Shown here: positions 18,892-27,647 of the stretch, piece after piece
Numbering within the stretch: position 1 is the first letter of the stretch
Layout: each line of letters opens with the position of its first letter
Origin: Pseudoalteromonas tetraodonis
GTDB taxonomy: Bacteria > Pseudomonadota > Gammaproteobacteria > Enterobacterales > Alteromonadaceae
Assembly (NCBI RefSeq): GCF_002310835.1
Contig: NZ_CP011041.1
Location: 1,650,001-1,682,000 of the forward strand
Direction of reading: 5' to 3'
DNA length: 32,000 nucleotides
Notes under the pieces: generated by a model
The model's input: only the letters and a program-made list of their open reading frames with translations
What the model was told of the DNA's origin: nothing
Databases searched by the model: none
Position numbers and translations under genes: made by a program

Positions 18892-20787
18892 ATGCAGGCC
18901 GAGCAAGTTGAAATAGCCCAATTTTTAGTTGAACACCCCCCTTTTGATACGCTTGAGAGCGAGGCACTAAACGAACTAGCAATGCAAATTGAAGTTGCTT
19001 ATTTTCGTGCGCAAACTGATATTTTACATTTAGGCCAAGATATTAGTGACTTATATATTATTCGTAGTGGCTCGGTTGAAATTTCACGTCGTAATGGCGA
19101 GCTCTATAATCGTTTAGCCACAGGCGGCATTTTTGGCCAAATGGGCCTATTGATGAACCGCAAAGTGCGCTTTCCGGCTCGTGCCCTAGAAGACACCTTA
19201 ACCTATTGTATTAACGTTAATACCTTCAACGAATATTGCGATAAATACGAAACCTTTGCCGATTTTTTTGAAGTGGATGGTAACGTACGTTTGCACCAAG
19301 CCATTGTAGAGCAAGCCGACAGCAATGATTTAACCACCGCGAAAGTAAAGTCATTATTACACCGTGATGTGGTCACAGTAACAATGCAAACTGCTATTCA
19401 AGACGTCGCATTTTTAATGACGCAAGAATCGGTCTCTTCAGTGTTAGTTACCGACATAGAAAAACAAATAAGCGACGATCCAGAAGAAGACGACGGTCAA
19501 GTTGTTGGGATCATAACCGACAGAGATATTCGCACTAAGGTGGTTGCCCAAGGGTTAACATATGATACACCCGCCAAAGAAGTAATGACATCAAGCTTAG
19601 TACTACTTGATAGCAACGCCTATGTGTTTGAAGCCGTATTAGCCATGCTAAGAGATAACTTACATCATTTACCTGTGGTACATAAAAAACGACCTATTGG
19701 GGTAATATCGCTGTCTGACATTTTACGTTATGAATCACAAAGTAGCTTACTGTTAGTACGCGGTATTTTAGCGCAGCAATCAGTTGATGACTTAGTTCAT
19801 TACGCGCGCCAATTACCTAATGTATTTGTACGTATGGTTAATGAAGATGCAAATTCGCATATGATAGGAACCGCTATGGCGGTCATAGGCCGTACCTTTA
19901 AACAGCGTTTGTTAGCACTGGCCGAAGAAAAATTTGGCGAGCCGCCTATTCCTTATTGTTTTATAGCCTTAGGCTCAATGGCCCGCGACGAGCAGCTAAT
20001 TGTGACTGATCAAGATAATGCTCTCATTTTGGATAATAGTTTTGATGAGGCACTGCACGATGAGTATTTTCAAAACCTATCAGATTTTGTGTGTGATGGT
20101 TTAGCTAAATGTGGCTATACCTATTGTGACGGTGAAATTATGGCGTCGTTTAAAAAATGGCGTATGACCCGTACACAATGGAAAGAAAAATTTGCTAGTT
20201 GGATGGCCGAGCCGAAACCGCAAGCACTACTTAATAGTTCGATATTTTTTGACTTAGATGGTGTATGGGGCAAGCTAAAATGGGCCGATGAGCTTAAAAC
20301 GCTGGTGGCCAAAGAAAGCAAAGTAAACAAACGCTTTTTAGCGAACCTTGCTGCCAATGCCCGCAATAGAACGCCGCCACTAGGATTCTTTAACGGTTTT
20401 GTGCTTGAGCATAATGGCCAGCATAAGCGGTCAATGAACTTAAAACGCCGTGGTACGGCGCCGCTATCTGATGTGGTGCGCGTGCACGCCTTAGCGGTTG
20501 GCTCACGTAAACAAAACTCCTTTGAGCGCTTAGAAGATATTATAGAGGCAAATTTACTGCCTAAAGGTAAAGCACAAGATTTACGTGATGCGTTTGAGTA
20601 TATTGCCACAGTACGTATTCGTCATCAGGCGTGGCAAATAGAGCAGGGTGAAGCCCCAGATAACGATCTAGACCCCCATTTACTTTCACCCTTTGAGCAA
20701 AGTAATTTAAAAGAAGCCTTTGCTATTTTAGAAAAAGCGCAAAGCTTTTTAAAATTTAGCTATTCTGCGCACCCGGGTGTGAAATAA
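18892..20787 (+). CDS. cNMP-binding / tandem CBS / DUF294 nucleotidyltransferase-domain protein
   Basis: This 631-aa protein has an N-terminal cyclic-nucleotide-binding-like fold and a CBS pair (VGIITDRDI..., IGVISLSDI...). Its Pol-beta NTase motif is GS-x10-DxD (LGSMARDEQLIVTDQDNA), followed by a C-terminal helical DUF294_C-like region. Confidence 0.85.
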   Translation: MQAEQVEIAQFLVEHPPFDTLESEALNELAMQIEVAYFRAQTDILHLGQDISDLYIIRSGSVEISRRNGELYNRLATGGIFGQMGLLMNRKVRFPARALEDTLTYCINVNTFNEYCDKYETFADFFEVDGNVRLHQAIVEQADSNDLTTAKVKSLLHRDVVTVTMQTAIQDVAFLMTQESVSSVLVTDIEKQISDDPEEDDGQVVGIITDRDIRTKVVAQGLTYDTPAKEVMTSSLVLLDSNAYVFEAVLAMLRDNLHHLPVVHKKRPIGVISLSDILRYESQSSLLLVRGILAQQSVDDLVHYARQLPNVFVRMVNEDANSHMIGTAMAVIGRTFKQRLLALAEEKFGEPPIPYCFIALGSMARDEQLIVTDQDNALILDNSFDEALHDEYFQNLSDFVCDGLAKCGYTYCDGEIMASFKKWRMTRTQWKEKFASWMAEPKPQALLNSSIFFDLDGVWGKLKWADELKTLVAKESKVNKRFLANLAANARNRTPPLGFFNGFVLEHNGQHKRSMNLKRRGTAPLSDVVRVHALAVGSRKQNSFERLEDIIEANLLPKGKAQDLRDAFEYIATVRIRHQAWQIEQGEAPDNDLDPHLLSPFEQSNLKEAFAILEKAQSFLKFSYSAHPGVK

Positions 20788-20790
20788 GTT

Positions 20791-21492
20791 ATGGCTAAAT
20801 CACCGTTAGATTGGTCACAGCGCTACGAGCAGTTATTGCAAACTGCGCAAAACCCGTTACTTAAAGACTTTTATCAACAAGCGTTTACCAATCAGGCTGC
20901 TCCACTTAAAGATGTCCCTTTTGTGGCGCTCGACTTTGAAACAACCGGCCTTGATGCGAATAGCGATGATATTGTTAGTGTGGGGCTGGTGCCTTTTAAT
21001 GTAAATCGTATTTATTGTAAAGAGAGCCGTCACTGGGTGGTGCAACCACGACGAGATTTAAGTGAAGAGTCAATCGTTATTCATGGAATTACTCATTCAG
21101 AAGTGGATGAAGCCCCTGATCTTAATCGAATTTTAGCGCCACTGCTTGATGCCCTTAAAGGCAAAGTGGTGGTGGTACATTATGCTGCAATAGAACGTCA
21201 TTTTTTTTATAACGCGCTACTTATGCGTATAAAAGAGGGCATAGAGTTTGCACTAGTTGATACGATGGAAATAGAAAGGCGGGCGCTTAAAGCGCGGCAG
21301 GGGTTATTAGGCAGGCTGTTTAATTCAAAGCTAGGATCACTTAGGTTAAGTGATACACGGGAGCGTTATTCATTGCCACTGTATCAAAACCATAATGCGC
21401 TTACTGATGCACTAGCCACTGCCGAGCTGCTGCAAGCGCAGCTGAGTTACCACTATAGATCAGACACGCCAGTGAGTGAAATTTGGCTTTAG
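20791..21492 (+). CDS. DnaQ-like DEDDh 3'-5' exonuclease
   Basis: This 233-aa protein has ExoI VALDFETTGLD, ExoII VVHYAAIERHFF and ExoIII HNALTDALATAELL. Its start lies 3 nt after the upstream stop. Confidence 0.85.
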   Translation: MAKSPLDWSQRYEQLLQTAQNPLLKDFYQQAFTNQAAPLKDVPFVALDFETTGLDANSDDIVSVGLVPFNVNRIYCKESRHWVVQPRRDLSEESIVIHGITHSEVDEAPDLNRILAPLLDALKGKVVVVHYAAIERHFFYNALLMRIKEGIEFALVDTMEIERRALKARQGLLGRLFNSKLGSLRLSDTRERYSLPLYQNHNALTDALATAELLQAQLSYHYRSDTPVSEIWL

Positions 21493-21524
21493 CTATTGAA
21501 GCATTACTGTTAAAAATAGAGCAC

Positions 21525-21553
21525 AAAAAAAGCCGCAATTTGCGGCTTTTTTA
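21525..21553. terminator. Bidirectional terminator (exonuclease / BCCT)
   Basis: The sequence is AAAAAAAGCCGCA-ATT-TGCGGCTTTTTT, between the convergent stops at 21492 and 21566. Confidence 0.85.
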
Positions 21554-21565
21554 TTATGGAATGTG

Positions 21566-23146
21566 TTATTTAACTGGGCGAGGCTCAGTTCGTAAACCTA
21601 AAATTAAGCTTACACACATCAATAACAATACAATGGTAAATGGCAGACCGGTTGATATAGCCCCCGCTTGCAGTGCTTCAATCGCTTGAGTGCCACCAAT
21701 CCAAAGTAATGCAGCAGCGATAGCACCCTCAACAGACGCCCAAAAAATACGCTGTGGTACCGGCGCATCAATCTTACCACCTGCTGTGATTGAATCGATT
21801 ACAAGTGACCCTGAATCAGAAGAAGTAATAAAGAATACCAGTACTAAAACAATAGCAATGAAAGATAAAACGTTTGCCATTGGCATTTCATCAAGCATTT
21901 GGAACATCGCCATAGGCACACTTGTTAAACCGTCAGTTCCTAGGGCACCAATTCCATTAACTACTTGGTCAATTGCGATGCCGCCATAAATAGACATCCA
22001 TAAGATAGTGACTGCTGTAGGAATAAGTAGTACAGCGGTTAAAAACTCACGAATTGTACGACCACGTGAAACACGGGCAATAAACATACCTACAAACGGT
22101 GACCACGAAATCCACCAAGCCCAATAAAATACTGTCCATCCATGCATCCATGTTTCATCTTCACGACCATGTGGGTTACTTAACGGAATAATGTTTTCTA
22201 CATAGCCCATTACCGTGTTTGGTATATTACCCATAGATACAGCAAAACCAACTAAACATACAAATACCAGTAGCACTAAAGCAATAAGCATATTGACATT
22301 ACTTAGTAGCTTAACGCCACCATCAATGCCTCGAATAACTGAGACAATGGCTAATAACGTCACCCCTGTAATAACCAGAATTTGTGAACCTACGCCACCT
22401 TCAAGGCCAAATACGTGGTTAATACCCGCTGAAGCTTGTTGAGCACCTAATCCTAAAGACGTTGCCAAACCAAATAAGGTCGCAAGCACAGCTAAAATAT
22501 CGATTATATGCCCCGGCCAGCCCCATGCTTTATCACCTAAAATAGGGTAAAAAATTGAGCGTATAGAAAGCGGTAAGCCTTTATTGTATGTGAAAAACGC
22601 TAAAGAAAGCGCGACAACTGCATAAATGGCCCAAGGATGAAGACCCCAGTGGAACATAGTTGCGCCCATTGCAAGCTTTGCTGCTTCTGGGGTGTTGGCA
22701 GCCACATTAAGCGGTGTTTCATACCAGCCGGTGTAATAAGCCACCGGTTCAGCAACTCCCCAAAACATTAAGCCAATACCCATACCTGCTGCAAATAACA
22801 TTGCCAGCCAAGAAATACGAGAGTGAGATGGTTTAGCATCGTCGCCGCCTAAACGGATATTGCCGTAAGGCGAAAAAATTAAAACTAAACAAAAAATAAC
22901 AAAGAAGTTAGCAGCCCACATAAACAGGCCGTCAAAATTATTAATAATATCGGTTTTAATACCATCTAGCGTCGTTTTAGCTACTTCGGCATCAGATACT
23001 AATACGGCAATTAAAAACAGCGCTATTAACCCTGCACTTATTCCGAATACAGGGTTATGTATATCAAACCCCCATTTTTGCACGTTGTCTTGACCTACGG
23101 TGTAGTCCGTATTGTCAATACTGTACTTGTCATGATTCTCGCTCAT
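21566..23146 (-). CDS. BCCT-family (betaine/carnitine/choline) transporter
   Basis: It has the BCCT signature WTVFYWAWWISWSPFVGMFIARVSRGRTIREF and 12 predicted TM segments. I prefer ATG 23146 (MSENHD...) because GAGG lies 7 nt upstream. The tracked ORF begins at ATG 23158. Confidence 0.9.
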   Translation of the reverse strand: MSENHDKYSIDNTDYTVGQDNVQKWGFDIHNPVFGISAGLIALFLIAVLVSDAEVAKTTLDGIKTDIINNFDGLFMWAANFFVIFCLVLIFSPYGNIRLGGDDAKPSHSRISWLAMLFAAGMGIGLMFWGVAEPVAYYTGWYETPLNVAANTPEAAKLAMGATMFHWGLHPWAIYAVVALSLAFFTYNKGLPLSIRSIFYPILGDKAWGWPGHIIDILAVLATLFGLATSLGLGAQQASAGINHVFGLEGGVGSQILVITGVTLLAIVSVIRGIDGGVKLLSNVNMLIALVLLVFVCLVGFAVSMGNIPNTVMGYVENIIPLSNPHGREDETWMHGWTVFYWAWWISWSPFVGMFIARVSRGRTIREFLTAVLLIPTAVTILWMSIYGGIAIDQVVNGIGALGTDGLTSVPMAMFQMLDEMPMANVLSFIAIVLVLVFFITSSDSGSLVIDSITAGGKIDAPVPQRIFWASVEGAIAAALLWIGGTQAIEALQAGAISTGLPFTIVLLLMCVSLILGLRTEPRPVK

Positions 23147-23900
23147 GCAATACCTCATTGGTTAATGAAACAGGCTGGCTTAATGCCAGTTTTTTATAGT
23201 TCACTGTATTCGTCTTATTAGATTCTTTGCCAAAGCTAATAACACGAATAATTAGAAGACTAACTAATTTAATTGCCCATCATACCTTTACTGCTAGGGG
23301 AGTTAAATATTAAATACGAAAGAATTAACACTTTGCTAAAATTTTGAGCTGACTTTGTCTTTTTATTGTACATGTCTGGTCGCTAAGAAAATGAAAACTA
23401 ACGCGTTAGCACTTTATTTTATAGTCGTAAATAGCAATGAATGCAAAAGCTAAGTTAATGAATGTTCATATTAATAGGGCGTATAAACAGATAAATCACT
23501 TAATTGGATACGCTAAAAGCGTACTCTGATTTTTAAAACTAAGAGTAATTTGTTAAATGGGCTTTTTTATGACTTTTTAATTACATTTTTATAGCTTTGG
23601 ATTTTTAGCCAAGGGGAGGTTAATAGAATCAGCAATGAAAATAGCGATGTTAAAGTAGTTTTTATAAAAAAGTGGCTTATTTATTTTGCGGTTTAAACTA
23701 ATTTGGCTTCCTCGTTTATTTTGACGATTAACAGCTTAACTCACAAAGAGGATAAAGTGACGCTGAGCCTTTAGAGAAGTAACAAAACCACATAATTAAA
23801 CAAAAATGATGAGGCAGAATGGCTTTTACTTTCTCATTTTCTTCTCATTCACTTCTCTCAGTGCAATAAGCATTTTAAGAAAATTACGCACAAAGACACC

Positions 23901-23931
23901 AAAAAAAGCTGCAGCTTTAACACTGCAGCTT
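23901..23931 (-). terminator. Rho-independent terminator after asnB
   Basis: The minus strand reads AAGCTGCAG-TGTTAAAG-CTGCAGCTT followed by TTTTT, beginning 16 nt after the asnB stop. Confidence 0.75.
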
Positions 23932-23946
23932 AGGATGGTTAAATTT

Positions 23947-25611
23947 TTATTTGTACGCTTCGTTATGAACGCCCGCAGCGCGCCCTGATGGATCGGCATT
24001 ATTTTGAAATGATGCATCCCATGCAAGTGCTTCTGGGGTTGAACACGCAACTGATTTACCATGTGGTACACACTTAGCCGAGGCATCGCCTGGGAAGTGC
24101 GACTCAAAAATACTGCGGTAAAAATACGCTTCTTTAGAGTCTGGCGTGTTAATTGGGTATTTAAATTTGGCATTCGCCAATTCTTGATCCGTTACTTGCT
24201 CATTAACAAACTCTTTTAAGGTATCTATCCAGCTGTAGCCAACGCCATCAGAGAATTGCTCTTTTTGACGCCATAACACTTCATCTGGGAGGTAGCCGTC
24301 GAAGCCTGCACGTAAAATGTGTTTTTCAATTTTGCCGTCTTTACACATTTTAGCTTCAGGGTTAATGCGCATTGCCACATCAACAAACTCTTTATCTAAA
24401 AATGGTACGCGTGCTTCCACACCCCAAGCCGCCATTGATTTATTGGCACGTAAACAGTCAAACATATGGAGCTTTGAAACTTTACGGTTCAGCTCTTCAT
24501 GAAACTCTTGTGCATTAGGCGCTTTATGAAAATATAAATAACCGCCAAATAATTCATCTGCACCTTCACCTGAGAGCACCATTTTTATACCCATGGCTTT
24601 AATTTGACGGGCCATTAAGTACATTGGGGTTGATGCACGAATGGTGGTTACATCGTAAGTTTCAATGTGGTAAATCACTTCTTTAAGTGCATCAATACCT
24701 TGTTGAATAGTAAAGATAATAGGGTGGTGAATTGTTCCAATCATATCAGCTACTTTTTGCGCTGCGGCTAAATCGGGGGAGCCTTCTAAACCCACCGAAA
24801 AGGAATGCAGTTTAGGCCACCAAGCATCACTTTCATCGTTATCTTCAATACGTTTTGCAGCAAAGCGCTGGGTAATAGCGGAAATAACCGATGAATCTAA
24901 GCCACCCGATAGCAATACGCCATAGGGTACGTCACACATAAGCTGGCGCTTAACCGCCGCTTCCAATGCATCTTTTACATCTTCTGCTTTGGCATCGTTG
25001 TTTTTAACAGCGTCGAAGCTTTGCCAATCACGTTGATAGTAAGGGGTTAATTTGCCGTCTTTGCTGTAAAGGTAATGCCCCGGCGGAAACTCTTCAATGT
25101 GCTTACAAATAGGTGAGAGCGCTTTGAGCTCTGACGCTACATAAAAGTTACCGTGCTCATCGTGACCTGTGTACAGTGGAATAATACCAATGTGATCGCG
25201 ACCAATTAAGTATGCGTCTTGCTCTTCATCATATAAACAAAAAGCAAAAATACCATTTAAGTCATCTAAAAATGCCGGCCCTTTTTGTTTATACAGGGCT
25301 AAAATCACTTCACAATCTGACTGGGTTTGAAAATCAAAGTCGATCTCTAAGTTAGCGGCCAGCTCTTTGTGGTTATAAATTTCGCCATTAACCGCTAAAA
25401 TATGGGTTTTTTCTGGGTTGTAAAGGGGTTGAGCACCGCTTGATACGCCAACAATGGCTAAGCGCTCATGCACTAAAATTGCTTTATCAGATGAATACAC
25501 ACCAGACCAATCTGGCCCACGATGACGTAACAGTTTAGACATTTCGATTGCCTGAGTGCGTAACTGGCTGGGATCCGATTTAATATCGAGTACACCAAAA
25601 ATTGAACACAT
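23947..25611 (-). CDS. asnB: Asparagine synthase B (glutamine-hydrolysing)
   Basis: This 554-aa protein has the MCSIFGV N-terminal nucleophile Cys and the SGGLDSS PP-loop. It is the same length as E. coli AsnB. Confidence 0.95.
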   Translation of the reverse strand: MCSIFGVLDIKSDPSQLRTQAIEMSKLLRHRGPDWSGVYSSDKAILVHERLAIVGVSSGAQPLYNPEKTHILAVNGEIYNHKELAANLEIDFDFQTQSDCEVILALYKQKGPAFLDDLNGIFAFCLYDEEQDAYLIGRDHIGIIPLYTGHDEHGNFYVASELKALSPICKHIEEFPPGHYLYSKDGKLTPYYQRDWQSFDAVKNNDAKAEDVKDALEAAVKRQLMCDVPYGVLLSGGLDSSVISAITQRFAAKRIEDNDESDAWWPKLHSFSVGLEGSPDLAAAQKVADMIGTIHHPIIFTIQQGIDALKEVIYHIETYDVTTIRASTPMYLMARQIKAMGIKMVLSGEGADELFGGYLYFHKAPNAQEFHEELNRKVSKLHMFDCLRANKSMAAWGVEARVPFLDKEFVDVAMRINPEAKMCKDGKIEKHILRAGFDGYLPDEVLWRQKEQFSDGVGYSWIDTLKEFVNEQVTDQELANAKFKYPINTPDSKEAYFYRSIFESHFPGDASAKCVPHGKSVACSTPEALAWDASFQNNADPSGRAAGVHNEAYK

Positions 25612-25729
25612 AATTTTTCCTCATTCCTATTAAGTGCCTACGATAGCGAGTTTGCTAAAGACTAACCTTGTTTTATCAGAAATAAATAACTAAGTCACAC
25701 GGCTTTTTTAAATTAATAAGAATAATTTA

Positions 25730-25766
25730 TGCACCAAACATGTTGCTGGTGCACCAATATGGTGAG
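25730..25766. promoter_or_regulatory. Overlapping TGCACCA/TGGTGCA inverted repeats (NtrC-box-like) upstream of asnB
   Basis: TGCACCA-N10-TGGTGCA lies at 25730-25753 and TGCACCA-ATA-TGGTGAG at 25750-25766. The latter matches 12 of 14 defined positions of the NtrC consensus TGCACCA-N3-TGGTGCA. The sites lie 120-155 bp upstream of the asnB ATG. Confidence 0.35.
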
Positions 25767-25846
25767 GTTAATAGTATGATAGCAACGGATTGTACAATTT
25801 TTGATTTAAAACCGGCAGGGTTTAGCGTTTCATGCTGATGTAAATT

Positions 25847-25875
25847 TATATTTGCACCAAGTGGGTGCAAATATA
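25847..25875. promoter_or_regulatory. 12-bp-arm palindrome containing a third NtrC-box-like site; alternatively the pxpBC terminator hairpin
   Basis: The palindrome is TATATTTGCACC-AAGTG-GGTGCAAATATA. Its core TGCACCA-AGT-GGGTGCA matches 13 of 14 consensus positions. It lies 32 nt downstream of the pxpC stop on the minus strand. Confidence 0.4.
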
Positions 25876-25906
25876 ATCATTAAGAAAACAGCGTTATCGT
25901 ACTATG

Positions 25907-26848
25907 TTAATTAGCCCAATAGCGATTTAAACTCAGTTTAAGCTGAGATAGATGCGCATCGAGTTTACTTTTTGCCGCGGTTGCTTGTTCAAGCGTTACA
26001 AACTCAAAAGTAATAGAATCGGCGGTTCTAAACTGAGCAAACTGATGTAAATCCGCCTCTATTACATGGCCTATCAATGGGTAGCCCCCCGTTGTTTGTG
26101 CATCATTTAACAGCACAATTGGGTTGCCATCAGGTGGGAGTTGCACGCTTCCCGGTGCTACCGCGAGTGAGTGCAGTGAGAGCGAGTGTTGCATTATTTG
26201 GCTATTATTATGATCTAAGCGTACTCCCATTCGATTACTATTCGGGTTAATAGTAAATGAGGTGGTACAGAAAGCGTTTATACACTCAGGTGTAAGTAGT
26301 TCATGATGTGGGCCTTGATGTAGCCGAATAACTTTTCGTTTAGGCGGTGTTAATGCACCTTTATTGCATAGCCAAGGCTGAGTATATGGGGTTATTTTTA
26401 TAATATCGTCGCTTTGTAATGCTCGGCCATTAAAACCACCAATGGCTGCCCCTAAGTCGGTTGATTTAGAACCCATAACTTCAGGGCATTCAATTCCACC
26501 TTTTACAGCAATGTAAGCTCTGGAGCCACCGCGTCCTGTATCAAATTTAAGTGTTTGTTTTGCTTTTACCGGATAACTCCACCCGGGGTAAACGGCTTGA
26601 GCGTCAAGTTTAGCGTTTAAGTCGGCTCCATGCAGAGCAATGACGGTATCGCACTCAAATTGCAATTCACATAACCCAACGGTGAGTTCAAGTACGGCAT
26701 CGTTATCGTGATTATTTACTAAGCGATTGGCAATAATGTGCGCATAGGCGTCTAAGCTACCCGAGCGGCTAACCCCTAAATGACGAAAACCCACACGGCC
26801 TAAATCTTGGATTGTAAGCTGTATACCGGGTTTGATTACTTTAATCAT
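25907..26848 (-). CDS. pxpC: 5-oxoprolinase subunit C (allophanate hydrolase subunit 2 / KipA family)
   Basis: This 313-aa protein has the MIKVIKPG..TIQDLGR N-terminus and a GGYP motif. It overlaps pxpB by 4 nt (ATGA). Confidence 0.88.
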   Translation of the reverse strand: MIKVIKPGIQLTIQDLGRVGFRHLGVSRSGSLDAYAHIIANRLVNNHDNDAVLELTVGLCELQFECDTVIALHGADLNAKLDAQAVYPGWSYPVKAKQTLKFDTGRGGSRAYIAVKGGIECPEVMGSKSTDLGAAIGGFNGRALQSDDIIKITPYTQPWLCNKGALTPPKRKVIRLHQGPHHELLTPECINAFCTTSFTINPNSNRMGVRLDHNNSQIMQHSLSLHSLAVAPGSVQLPPDGNPIVLLNDAQTTGGYPLIGHVIEADLHQFAQFRTADSITFEFVTLEQATAAKSKLDAHLSQLKLSLNRYWAN

Positions 26849-27501
26849 TGTTTACTCCTTTTAACAGGCACAAATTCAAGGGTGTCACCGGGTTTAAATA
26901 AACAAGGGTTTGAGGCGGTTGCATCAAATAAACAGGCATCAGTATGAGCAATAATATGCCAGCCACCAGGTGAGTTTTCAGGATAAATGCCTGTTTGGTC
27001 TGCCCCAATCGCAATCGCGCCTTTAGGAACACTGACTCGTGGGTTATCACGCCTTGGGGTAAACAGTTGAGAATTGAGCCCATGTAAATAAGGAAAACCG
27101 GGCACAAAACCTAAAAACAACACATGGTAAATTTCTTTACTGTGTAAATTAATTACCTCATCTATTGTTAGCTTGTGATAATTAGCCACATAGTTTAAAT
27201 CCTCACCTTGGTAATAGGTGTCTATTTTATGATGCTGACTTTCAAAGGCGTAATCATCAACCTCATCCCATAGTTTTGTTAAGGTGTTTTGCCATTGATG
27301 TAAATTACTGGCTGATTTTAAATACAAGGTTAATGAGTTCATCCCGGGGACTAAATCTATAAACTCATTGGTGTTTTTACAATACTGTGACAGCGCCCAG
27401 AGTTTTTTTTGCGTCGCAAGTATGTGTTGTTCGCTGTAGTGAGAAACATCAAAAAGCAGACTAGAATTTGTTAATATTTTTATACTTGGCAAAGTGCTCA
27501 T
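26845..27501 (-). CDS. pxpB: 5-oxoprolinase subunit B (allophanate hydrolase subunit 1 / KipI family)
   Basis: This 218-aa protein has GFVPGFPYL and a PGGWHIIA(H)T motif. Confidence 0.88.
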   Translation of the reverse strand: MSTLPSIKILTNSSLLFDVSHYSEQHILATQKKLWALSQYCKNTNEFIDLVPGMNSLTLYLKSASNLHQWQNTLTKLWDEVDDYAFESQHHKIDTYYQGEDLNYVANYHKLTIDEVINLHSKEIYHVLFLGFVPGFPYLHGLNSQLFTPRRDNPRVSVPKGAIAIGADQTGIYPENSPGGWHIIAHTDACLFDATASNPCLFKPGDTLEFVPVKRSKQ

Positions 27502-27647
27502 ACAGATAACTTATTAATATTGTTTGTATTTAAGCTATCACAGTCGTTGTGCTATTACGATATTAATAGACAAACTCGGATCGATTAAATTCCCGTCTTC
27601 GTAAAGTTTTATTGCGTGTGAAATTTATTCTTGAGTTTACAGGTCTG

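Noticed and set aside
23175-23195. A plus-strand hairpin CTGGC-TTAAT-GCCAG followed by T6, about 30 nt upstream of the BCCT start codon.
   Set aside because: The stem is only 5 bp, and no plus-strand gene could be terminated here. It is more simply a small 5'-UTR hairpin of the minus-strand BCCT mRNA, or chance.
23806-24173. ORFs 23806-23988 (+) and 23826-24173 (-), which overlap the asnB 3' end and terminator.
   Set aside because: They overlap the well-supported asnB CDS and its terminator, lack an RBS, and have low-complexity sequence.
26841-27107. An 88-aa minus-strand ORF overlapping pxpB in another frame.
   Set aside because: It lies fully inside the conserved pxpB coding region, with no independent start signals.
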